A stretch of DNA of 64,000 nucleotides, from positions 124,001-188,000 of the forward strand of contig NIVC01000106.1 in NCBI GenBank assembly GCA_002269645.1, in the 5' to 3' direction. This DNA is from Macrostomum lignano (lineage: Eukaryota). Each line of letters opens with the position of its first letter. The stretch's first letter is position 1. Positions 24,501 to 34,707 of this stretch are shown piece by piece. The position numbers and the translations under genes are program-made. The notes under the pieces are model-generated. The model was not told the origin of the DNA. It saw only the letters and a program-made list of their open reading frames with translations, and did not search any database.

Positions 24501-27500
24501 TGACCCCAGTCATATGAGTCATGACCTCACCTGTGACCTGCACTCTACCCCCCGCCCCGCAGCCCCACGTCCGCATCTGGAGCAGCGTGGACCTCACCAC
24601 TCTTCACGTGCTCGGACTTGGAGACTTCGAGCGCGCGGTCAGCTGCCTCGCTTTCAGCAGAGCAGACGGAGGCACCCACCTGTGCGTGGTTGACGACGCC
24701 AATGAGCACGCCATCTCCGTGTGGGACTGGAGCCGCGGTCACAAGCTGACGGAAACAAAGACTTCAACTGAACCTGTGCTGGCTTGCGAGTGCCACCCAT
24801 TGGATGCCGGGGTTATCATTACCTGCGGCAAGAACCAGCTGGCCTTCTGGACTCTGGAGGGATGTCAGCTGACTAGGAAGAATGGGATTTACGATGTGAG
24901 GCCTGGGCACCTGGGAATCGGTTTATGGATACTGATTGAGCACTTTCAACACTCACCCAATTTTCGTATCCCAGATCCCCATCCCAGATACCCATCACAG
25001 ATTCCCATCCCAGATCCCCATCCCAGATCCACATCCCAGATCCTTATCCCAGATCCACATCCCAGATCCGTATCCCAGATCCCCATCACAGATCCCCATT
25101 CCAGATCCCCATCCCGGATCCTTATCCCAGATCCCAATCACAGATCTCCATTCCAGATCCCCATCCCGGATCCTTATCCCAGATCCCCAATCCAGAATCC
25201 CCATCCGAGATCCCCATTCCAGATTCCCATCCCATATCCCCATCCCAGATCCTTAATCCAGAATCCCCATCCCAGATTCCCATCCCAGATCCCCATCCCG
25301 GATCCTTATCCCAGATCCCCAATCCAGAATCCCCATCCGAGATCCCCATTCCAGATTCCCATCCCATATCCCCATCCCAGATCCTTAATCCAGAATCCCC
25401 ATCCCAGATTCCCATCCCAGATCCCCATCCCAGATCCCCAATCCAGAATCCCTATCCCAGATCCCCAGTCATGAATCCCCATCCCAGATCCCCAGTCCAG
25501 AATCCCCATCCCAGATCCCCGGTCCAGAATCCCCATCCCAGATCCCCGGTCCAGAATCACTATCATGGGATGCTCACTACAAATCCCAAATTGATCCCTG
25601 AAAGCCCAACAACTCCAAAATCCTTCCAATAACCGAAATCTCCCCTGACGCAGAAGCACGACAAGCCGAAGTTCGTGCTCTGCCTGACATTCTCCCAAAA
25701 CGGCGATCTGATCACGGGAGACTCGAACGGCAGCATCCTGGTGTGGCCCGCGGCTCCAACCGGATTGGCCAGGCCGTGACCGGGGCTCACGAAGGCGGCA
25801 TTTTCAGCCTGTGCGCTATGAAAGACGACAAGCTGGTCTCCGGCGGCCGGGACCGCAGGCTGGTGCAGTGGGACTCGGCCTACAATCGGACTGGGGCCGA
25901 GGCTACCGTGCCGGAGCAGTACGGACCGATTCGGACCTTGGCTCAGGTAGCTCAAGTTTGCATTTTGTATTATTGCAGTCTGATGTGTACTTTTGGTATA
26001 CGGATGTATTTCATTATGGAATGTACAGTGTTGCTTTTGTACATTCTGTAGTGTTCTCTTAGTTAGTAAATTTTCTAGTGTACTTTTATTTTAGTACATT
26101 TTGCAGTGTACTTTAAGTTTTGGTATATTCTGACGCATACTTTTAGTCTAGTACATTTTTGTAGTGTACTTTTAGCTAAGTACATTTTGTAATGTACTTT
26201 TAGCTAAATACATTTTTAGTGTACCTTTAGTTCCGTACATCCTGTTGTGTACTTTTACTTTAGTACATTTTGTAGTGTACTTTTAGTTTAGTTCATCCTG
26301 TTGTAATTTTAGTTTAGTGCATTTTGTAGTGTACTTTTAGTTTCGGTACATTTTGTAGTGTTGCAGCTGTACACCCTCTGTGAGCATGTGGTGTGCGCGC
26401 ACAAAGATCAGAGGTGTACTGAGCGTGACTGCTTGCCTCCAACCGCCGCCAACCGCAGGGCCCGGCAACGCCCTGCTAGTGGCACCACCCGGAACTGCAT
26501 TCTGCAGGGCGCCCTCGATCTGGCCGCCTCCCTGACTCCCATCGTGTCCGGACACTCGGACGAGCTGTGGGGCCTGGCCAGCCATCCCAGCCAGCTGCAG
26601 TTTGCCACGGCCGGCAGCGACCGCCTCGTGACAGTCTGGGACGCGCTCACCCGCCAGACAGTCTGGTCTCGGGAGATCACCGATCAGGGTCATTGTCTGG
26701 CCTTCCATCCCAGCGGCGAGACGCTGGCTGTTGGCTGTCAGAACGGCCGCTGGTACGTGCTGGATGCTCAGCGGTGCGGAGACATTGCCGCGGTGCACAC
26801 GGACGGCTCCGAGCAGATTGAGTGTCTGGAGTTTTCTCCGGGTGAGACTGGGAGTGGGACTGGGGTGAGACTGGGTGAGACTGGGGTGAGACTGGGGTGA
26901 GATTGAGTTAGACTGGGGTGAGACTGGAGTGAGGCTGGGATGAGACTGATGTGAGACTGAGGTGAGACTGAGGTGAGACTGGGGTGAGACTGAGGTGAGA
27001 CTGGGGTGAGACTGGGTGAGACTGGGGTGAGACTGGGGTGAGACTGGGTGAGACTGAGTTAGACTGGGGTGAGACTGGAGTGAGGCTGGGATGAGACTGG
27101 TGTGAGACTGGGGTGAGACTGGGGTGAGATTGGTGTGAGATGCGGTGAGGCTTGGTTGTGCTTCTCAGACTGGCACAGGCTACTTAGACTGGCATACATG
27201 TAGGTTACTCAGACTGGCATAGGCTACTCAGACTGGCACAGGCTACTCAGACTGGCATAGGCTACTCAGACTGGCACAGGCTACTCAGACTGGCATAGGC
27301 TACTCAGACTGGCATAGGCTACTCAGACTGGCATACTCAAACGCGCCACCACCAGACGGGTCAATGCTGGCCCTGGGCTCCCGGGACAACAGCATCTACG
27401 TGTTCGCCTGCACCGAGGCCGGGCGCAAGTATTCGAGAATCGGTCGCTGCTGCGGTCACTCGTCCTTCATCACCCACCTGGACTGGTCTGCCGACTGCGT

Positions 27501-29146
27501 CCACCTGCGCTCTAACTCGGGCGACTACGAGCTGCTGTTCTGGACTGCCGCCAACTGCCGGCAGGTGAGATGCGGCTCGGGCTGAAGGGCTGACGGGTGA
27601 CGGCAGCGAGAGGGGAGTGAAAGAGGGAGAGGGAGAGGGAGAGGGCGGAGAGGGAGAGGGTGGAGAGGGAGAGGGTGGAGAGGGTGGAGACGAAGAGGGC
27701 GGAGAGGGAGAGGGCAAAGAGGGAGAGGGCGGAGAGGGAGAGGGCGGAGAGGGAGAGGGTGGAGACGAAGAGGGCGGAGAGGGAGAGGGCAAAGAGGGAG
27801 AGGGCGGAGAGGGAGAGGGCGGAGAGGGAGAGGGCAAAGAGGGAGAGGGCGGAGAGAGAGAGGGTGGAGAGGGAGAGGGCGGAGAGAAAGAGGGCGGAGA
27901 GGGAGAGGGCAAAGAGGGAGAGGGCGGAGAGAGAGAGGGCGGAGAGAGAGAGGGCGGAGAGGGAGAGGGCGGAGAGGGAGAGGCGGAGAGGAGAGGGTGG
28001 AGAGAGAGAGGGCGGAGAGAGAGAGCGGAGAGAGAGAGGGCGGAGAGAGAGAGGGCGGAGAGAGAGAGGGCGGAGAGGGAGAGGGCGGAGAGGGAGAGGG
28101 CGGAGAGAGAGAGCGGAGAGAGAGAGGGCGGAGAGAGAGAGGGCGGAGAGAGAGGGTGGAAAGGGAGAGGGCGGAGAGGGAGAGGGTGGAGTGGAGAGGG
28201 AGAGGGTGGAGAGGAGAGGGTGGAGAGGGAGAGGGTGGAGACGAAGAGGGCGGAGAGGGAGAGGGCAAAGAGGGAGAGGGCGGAGAGGGAGAGGGCGGAG
28301 AGGGAGAGGGTGGAGAGGGAGAGGGCGGAGAGAAAGAGGGCGGAGAGAAAGAGGGCGGAAAGGGAGAGGGCAAAGAGGGAGAGGGCGGAGAGAGAGAGGG
28401 CGGAGAGGGAGAGGGCAAAGAGGGAGAGGGCGGAGAGAGAGAGGGCGGAGAGGGAGAGGGCAAAGAGGGAGAGGGCGGAGAGAGAGAGGGCGGAGAGGGA
28501 GAGGGCAAAGAGAGAGAGGGCGGAGAGAGAGAGGGCGGAGAGAGAGAGGGCGGAGAGAGAGAGGGCGGAAAGGGAGAGGGAGAGGGTGGAGTGGAGAGGG
28601 AGAGGGTAAAGAGGGAGAGGGCGGAGAGGGAGAGGGTGAAGAGGGAAAGGTTAGAGTGTAGAGGGAGAGAGAGAGGGAGACAGCAGAGTCTCAGAGAGGC
28701 AGAGAGCGGAGCGCAGTGGGGAAGCGAGAGGATGCCAGAGACCTGGTGTCCAGGTTATTCCGCAGCCGGCCAGTCGGCATTCCCATCCCACGGCAAACCG
28801 CCCCCCCCCGTGCCCAGGTGAGCTCCCCGTCCAGCCTGCGCGACTCCGAGTGGGCGAGCCAACGGTGCGCTATCAGCTTCGACACCGCCGGCGTCTGGCC
28901 GGAGGGCGCTGACGGCACGGACATCAACGCCAGCGACCGCAGCTTCGACCGTCAGCTGGTAGCCACCGGGACGATTTCGGCCAGGTGTGCCTCTACAGGT
29001 ATCCCTGTTTCCAGCCTCGGTCGAAGGGCCACGCCGCGGCCGGGCACTCCAGTCACGTGACCAATGTGCGGTTCCTGCGAGACAGCTCCAGGCTGCTGTC
29101 CACAGGAGGCAAGGACACCGCCGTGTTGCAGTGGGAGATCGCCTAA
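15574..29146 (+). CDS. EML: Echinoderm microtubule-associated protein-like (EML1-4 type): N-terminal coiled coil, HELP motif, WD40 TAPE domain; ~860 aa
   Basis: Exons 15574-15613, 17610-17759, 20012-20282, 20916-21008, 21666-21691, 21914-21931, 22071-22109, 23492-23886, 24563-24895, 25654-25946, 26459-26841, 27356-27564, 28818-29146 are all GT-AG and phase-consistent once four single G bases are restored. Hallmarks: [81 protein letters not shown]. Exons 1 and 3-7 are less certain. Confidence 0.9.
15679..15950. repeat. 16-bp tandem repeat (GAAATTTCATGAACTC)n, 17 units, each matching a heat-shock element; EML intron 1
   Basis: Unit contains GAAnnTTCnnGAA; 10 of 17 units are perfect. Confidence 0.9.
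16378..17561. repeat. ~23-bp GA-rich minisatellite (CTAGGAGAGAGCGGAGAGAGAGA)n, EML intron 1
   Basis: Visible tandem array. Confidence 0.95.
17930..18757. repeat. GA-rich tract including a 24-bp array (GAGAGAAGAGAGATATGAGAGGGA)n, EML intron 2
   Basis: Homogeneous 24-bp units from about 18200 to 18757. Confidence 0.95.
19834..19960. repeat. ~45-bp unit (GCCAATGTACATTAA...) repeated about three times
   Basis: Direct repeats just upstream of EML exon 3. Confidence 0.8.
20370..20830. repeat. Degenerate ~60-70 bp repeat (GCAGTTTGGGATTCCCC...GATTTGACCTTG), EML intron 3
   Basis: Recurring TTGGGATTCCC and GACCTTG motifs. Confidence 0.7.
21316..21530. repeat. 22-bp minisatellite (GTAACAGAATGTGCAACAGGCT)n
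   Basis: Tandem units in EML intron 4. Confidence 0.95.
22135..22612. repeat. 21-bp minisatellite (GTCTGTGTCAGTTCTATTCCT)n
   Basis: Tandem units in EML intron 7. Confidence 0.95.
22945..23405. repeat. 15-bp CT-rich minisatellite (CCCCTCTCTCCTCTG)n
   Basis: Tandem units in EML intron 7. Confidence 0.93.
23910..24525. repeat. 32-bp minisatellite (GGGTCATGACCTCATCTCTATCCCGTACACTA)n with an internal GGTCATGACC palindrome
   Basis: Fills EML intron 8. Confidence 0.95.
24965..25560. repeat. Degenerate (CCCCATCCCAGAT)-type repeat with higher-order duplication
   Basis: Fills EML intron 9. Confidence 0.9.
26040..26360. repeat. Degenerate T-rich repeat (TACATTTTGTAGTGTACTTTTAG)
   Basis: EML intron 10. 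Confidence 0.8.
26842..27335. repeat. Two adjacent arrays: (GGTGAGACTGG)n at 26842-27140 and 19-bp (ACTCAGACTGGCATAGGCT)n at 27165-27335
   Basis: Fill EML intron 11. Confidence 0.92.
27610..28680. repeat. 15-bp GA-rich repeat (GAGGGCGGAGAGGGA)n
   Basis: Fills EML intron 12; source of the spurious Glu/Gly/Arg ORFs. Confidence 0.93.
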
Positions 29147-29844
29147 CAGCATCTGGACTGCTGAATCAAGGACTTATAATTGATAATAAAAATGTGGAAT
29201 AGAAAGCTTTAATCAGTTGTAAAACTAGTCGCATGTAACAGTAAAACTTTTCTCCTTGAAAACGCGTTGATTTGGTTATTGGCTCTGCTAAGCTTATCCT
29301 ATTTAGCAATTTCTCTTGAACTTTAAACTTCAATTTTTATTTCGATGATTAAAAAAAGAATACTGAGACTGTTTCTCAGCTGGTTTTTTGTCGATTTCGA
29401 AATTTCCTAACTTCGATATGTGATTGATTTTCGCAACTGACTACTAACTAACCCCACGGAGCAGTAGGACGTTAGTAATATTGCAGCTGATTTTTATTCA
29501 TATAGTTTTGTCGCGTCGGTTTGCAGCTGTCTGTGCTAAAACTGTCCTTTCCTCTTGGAATTTATCGCCTGCAGCTGATGCCCCATCCGCAATTTTAATC
29601 CTAATTATCATTTTATTATTACCTGCATATACTACTGCAGCTTAAGTAGTTTCTCAACCTATAGGCTTAGAATATTGAGCGTTTAATATTCTCAATGTCT
29701 ATAGTATAATAAACATTTATCGCAATACTTGCTTCTCTGCCGCCTGAGCTGCACCCCGATTCTGGACCCCGAGCTCGCACGCCCTTGAAGCTTTTGGCTT
29801 CCAATTTTTGCTTGGGAATTTTCCACCTGATGTGAGGAGCAAGA

Positions 29845-30550
29845 AATAAGCAGAGAGAAGCAGATAGGGAGAAGTAGACATAAAGAAGTAGGTAAGGAGA
29901 ATTAGACAGGAAGAAGTTGATAGAAAGAATTAAACAGAAAGAAGTAGACAGAAGAAAGTAGGCAAGGAGAAGTAGGTAGGGAGCAGTAGGCAGAGAGAAG
30001 TTGATAGAAAGAAGTAGACAGGAAGAAGGAAAAAGTAGACATGAAGAAGTAGGAAGGGAGAAGTAGACATGAAGAAGTAGGAAGGGAGAAGTAGACATGA
30101 AGAAGTAGGAAGGGAGAAGTAGACATGAAGAAGTAGGAAGGGAGAAGTAGACATGAAGAAGTAGGAAGGGAGAAGTAGACATGAAGAAGTAGGAAGGGAG
30201 AAGTAGACATGAAGAAGTAGGCAGGAAGAAGTTGATAGAAAGAATTAAACAGGAAGAAGTAGACAGAAGAAAGTAGGCAAGGAGAAGTAGGTAGGGAGCA
30301 GTAGACAGAGAGAAGTTGATAGAAAGAAGTAGACAGGAAGAAGGAAAAAGTAGACATGAAGAAGTAGGAAGGGAGAAGTAGACATGAAGAAGTAGGAAGG
30401 GAGAAGTAGACATGAAGAAGTAGGAAGGGAGAAGTAGACATGAAGAAGTAGGTAGGGAGAAGTAGACAGGAAGAAGTTAGTAGAAAGAAGTAGGCAGGAA
30501 GAAGTAGGCAGGCAGAAGTAGGCAAGGAGAAGTAGACAGGAAGAAGACAG
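29845..30550. repeat. 28-bp GA-rich minisatellite (GAAGTAGACATGAAGAAGTAGGAAGGGA)n with a larger duplicated block
   Basis: Intergenic tandem array. Confidence 0.92.
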
Positions 30551-31472
30551 CGAGATATAAAGGTAGGATAATTGAACATTGAACACAAAAACTGCATATT
30601 AACAATCCTATATCGCTAAAAATATCAGTATTAGCAATCGCAAGCAAGTGTCAGTGACTCCGATATGTTAGCTCAACAATATCGAGATGTATTGAAATTA
30701 GTTAAATAAATATACATAATAATTCATTAACAAGTCCTCGCATGTTTCGAATAAATTTAAGCAGGTTTGTGTATAAGGAAAGTCTCTGGGGACATGTGCG
30801 GGAAACTTAATTTACGAACAAACAAAAGCCTTGACAACAAACAAACAAACCAACTTTAGAGGTAGAAATTCGAAATGATCACAACATCAAAAAGAATGCG
30901 GTGAGCCTTGTGCGGTATTCACTGGGACTGACAATTGACCTGAGAGAATGGGAAGTAATCAGTTTGATTGACCGGTTTAGTTTCTGAATTGAAGAAGATT
31001 ATTTCTACCAAAAAAATCAAGCTTGGCAGTTGATAAACAAAATTAGGGACAGCAGTCAAAAATGGCTGAGCAGGGTTTGCGAACGCTTTTTTAAATAAAT
31101 CCTGAGCTGAAAGCTTCTAACAAAGTTTGTTTAAATATTAAATAAAAGAAACTGGCACCAATTTGAATCGCTGAATCGGGGACCAATGCATGTACATATG
31201 GAAAGGAATAGAAAATAAAAGACGCTGAGCTTTAATGAATTCAACAAAATCAGAGTTAGTGCAACTCTGTACGTTAAAGTAAAAATTACACGCGTCAGAA
31301 AATGCTTTCCGCTAAAAATATCTTATTTCGACACTTTCATATTGACAAATTTAAAATCTAAAGAGAAATAAACTCAAACTATGCTACTGACTCCGGCAGT
31401 GGTCAGTAGTGTAGTTAAGAAAGTGGGAATATTAATCGGTAGCCGAGGGCTGAGTCATGCATGCCACAGCGG

Positions 31473-32597
31473 TCACCGGAGCCCGGAGTGCTTGCGCAGC
31501 AGCTCTCTCAGCGAGTTGGCCTCCTCCCTCAGCGAGGCCATCTGGGCCTTCAGCACGGCGTTCTCCTTCTCCAGGAAGCTCGCCCGAACGGCGATCTCGT
31601 CTTCGCGGTGCTTGCGCGCGTCGCGAGACTTTTTCGCTGCCTCGTTGTTTCGTTTGCGCCGTTCAAAGTACTTAATGTCTTTCTGACTGTCCGGCACCGG
31701 ACGCTTGTCCGGGCGGGAGCCGCGACCGCCTGAGGCTGGCGGCGAGCAGCTGCTGCTTTTGCTGCTGCCGCTGTTGGCGGGTGGCGGCGGCGGTGGCGGA
31801 GGCGGTGGCGGTGGCGGCGGTGGCAGCTGATTTGGTGGCGTGGCGCCTTTCGTCACGAGTCCACCGGTGGCCGCGGAGTGATAGACGGTCGATGACACGC
31901 CCGACAGGCCGTCGCCAAGTGGCTGATGGCACAGCGGGAGGTAGGAAGCGAATGGCGGCTTCAGCTGCTGCTGTTGCTGCTGTTGAGGCTGCTCTGTCGA
32001 TAGGCCTTGCTGATGAGGCGGCATCGGCGGGAGTGGCGGCTGCAGGTGATGATGCTGAGTCAGGTGATGCGGATGCTGATGCCGACTACTCACAGTCAAG
32101 TCGTACATGCTCGGCTGCAGGTTATAGTGCTGCTGCTGCTGCTGGTGCTGAGGCTGAGAATGCAGATGATGCAGCTGATGGTGCTGCTGCTGCGGATGCT
32201 GAGGAGGCGATGACTGCAAACTGTTCAGCCCACCGCCGTAGTCTTGAAATGCTGAGCTGAGCATCGGCTGATGATGATGCTGGTGATGCTGAGAAAGCAG
32301 CGAGCTGCCGGGGCTCCAAGAACTGCCCTGCAGGTAGCAGCCGCTGTTGCTAACCAGCTCGGTTGCCGGGGGCGGGTATCGATTGGTTATGCCCGGGTAG
32401 GAACTGCCGCTGCTGTGGAGCGGCGGTGAGGACGAACAGTCAAGATCAAGGAGGTCTTTCTTGGCGACAGAGTCGTTGGCGGTAGATGTTACTGCAGTCA
32501 CGGCTGCTGAAGTTGTCGACGCTGATGACACGGTCGATGGCACCGTCAGCTGAGTGAGCCTCGCCGTGGCCGCCACCTGTGAGACCAGACTGTTCAT
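31473..32597 (-). CDS. PAR-family bZIP transcription factor (HLF/TEF/DBP/Pdp1-like), 374 aa, single coding exon
   Basis: C-terminal [45 protein letters not shown] matches the PAR-type basic region and zipper. N-terminal half is Q/H/P-rich. Confidence 0.88.
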   Translation of the reverse strand: MNSLVSQVAATARLTQLTVPSTVSSASTTSAAVTAVTSTANDSVAKKDLLDLDCSSSPPLHSSGSSYPGITNRYPPPATELVSNSGCYLQGSSWSPGSSLLSQHHQHHHQPMLSSAFQDYGGGLNSLQSSPPQHPQQQHHQLHHLHSQPQHQQQQQHYNLQPSMYDLTVSSRHQHPHHLTQHHHLQPPLPPMPPHQQGLSTEQPQQQQQQQLKPPFASYLPLCHQPLGDGLSGVSSTVYHSAATGGLVTKGATPPNQLPPPPPPPPPPPPPPPANSGSSKSSSCSPPASGGRGSRPDKRPVPDSQKDIKYFERRKRNNEAAKKSRDARKHREDEIAVRASFLEKENAVLKAQMASLREEANSLRELLRKHSGLR

Positions 32598-32701
32598 TGC
32601 GGTGACTGGCGCTGAAGTGCAGGCCGAACTGGTGGCGAGACGACGGAGAATGAAAATTATCTTGCTGCATTATGGCTCAGATCCAGGCAACGATTTTCTC
32701 T

Positions 32702-33150
32702 TGATGCAAGTTGTCGGACCTAAACTATACGAGAACTCAGAATCCAACCCAGCTTTTGTATCAACTTCGGTAGTCAGTCAGTTACGTAAGCCTGTCTTTA
32801 TCAGTCCCAGACTATGTGAATGAATGAGATAATTGGAAAACTGGAAACACTGATGACCGAATAAGAACGAATTTCAATCGCAGACGGATCGAGGTGGTTG
32901 CCTTTAAAAGCGAGAGAAATTTATATGGATCGGGCGAATTGTTGCATAACTCACTCACACACACACACGGTTGAAAGACTCGAAGATCACCGAAGGCAAG
33001 ACTAAGGTGGACCAGTTTGCCTTGGTCCCCCCTCCCGGTGGCCCGGCCTGCTAGCAATGAATGCTCTGCTCCAATTGATGACGTAACTAACTAGTTAGGC
33101 TATAACTTTAGGGAGTCGCGGGCACACACACCACAGCGTGATGACGCAAT
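32702..33150. promoter_or_regulatory. Cluster of five bZIP-type sites upstream of the PAR bZIP ATG
   Basis: TGATGCAA 32702, GTTACGTAA 32781, GTTGCATAAC 32941, ATGACGTAAC 33078, ATGACGCAAT 33141; also a CCAAT at 33071. Confidence 0.55.
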
Positions 33151-34707
33151 CGGTTACCGCACACAACGCGCATGAAAGATGAGGCAGCCAAGGCTCCTTT
33201 GTCAGTTTTTTATAATTATTCGCAAGAACTAATTTATTGCACTTACCTCACGCCTGGGATCTTTTACTACTGAAAATAACTGCTATTGAGTGCATGTCAA
33301 TTTTTTTTCGCATACGGTTTAGCTTCTGGTAGAATGCCGATCTTCTAGTCTAGTCCATCTAAATTTTCTTGGCTAAGCCATATATATGCAGTCTGCCGCT
33401 TCTGGCTGAATATACGGCGATGCCAATGTCGAGGGTAGGGAGAGAGAGAAAGAACTCTCACACCCCTCTCGCTCCTAGCTCTCCCCCGTGTTGAAGGAGA
33501 GGAGCTTCTAGCGGGATAGCTAAAGCAGATCGTTTGGGGGGGGGGCCGAGAGCCTGCTGACTGTGCGCAGGCCTGAAGCGCGTGGCCATGCTGGAATAGT
33601 GTGGCGACGCAGTTTAGTCAGGCCCGCACTCGTGCAGGGGGTTAGGGGAGGGGGTGCGCAGCGCTAAGCAAGAGAACGAAGGGGTGCTGGGACGGAGGAT
33701 GGGGTGGGTGAACCAGACAGTCACCCACCCCAATCTCTCAACCGACGCACAGATGTGGCCCCTTGTCAGTTCTCCAGTTGGGGTGGGGGTCGGGGGAGGG
33801 TGAAGGGCTGCCAGCTAGTGGGGTGGTGGGCGGGGGGCTCTGTCTGGTTTTGAGAGTTGTGGCGTGGCCCACGGACCGATTGCGCAACACAGGAGTTAGT
33901 CAGCCTAGGCGGGCGGTTTTCCAGTTGCAATCTGTAAACATTTTATCGTTATATCGCACGTTGCTGCAAAAACTACACTTGCTGTGAGTTCTTCAGAGGC
34001 CAAATACCAAAAACTGTTTAAAACATTAACTTTCCAAGAATTCAAATAAAGACCAAGCCAATCAATTCTGTAGCAAAAAAGAACAAATTTCTATATGCAA
34101 CCCGTTAGATATTGTTCTGAAGAGACCCGAAAACTGTTGCAGTAAAGCGGGTTGCAAGCTTCGCAAGCAATTCAGTTATTTATTATTTAATTTCTGTTGA
34201 TCAACAAAGTTGGAATTGCATATGATATAACAAGCAAGCAACGCACCGGAGATGGAAGCTTAGCCAATGTTATTAGAACTAGTCTAGAACTGAACAACTT
34301 TTGTAAGAATTAAGAATTAAGGATAGATTATTTATTTAAAACAGAAGAAAACAACAATAGTCAGAGCAGCAAGAAGCTCACGAAAATGAATACAAAAAGC
34401 TGCGACAAAATTGGTAGAAGTTTATTAATTACGCTGGTAAATTAATTTTTGTTAGCCAACGAAAGATGGCCGCATTAAACAAAACCTAACAAAATTATAG
34501 AAAAATTATATAACAGCATCTAACAAACTGTCGAGGCCAAGCATTATTTTCGAAGGCAATTTAGATTTTTAATTATATTATTAATAATAATAATAATAAT
34601 AGTAAGACGCAATAATAAAAAAACAGACAATTACACACAGTTCGAGTTTAGGCTGCCCAGAAAAGCAATTTATTAGTTTATGTATTTTTTCGATACATAT
34701 CGGCGAC

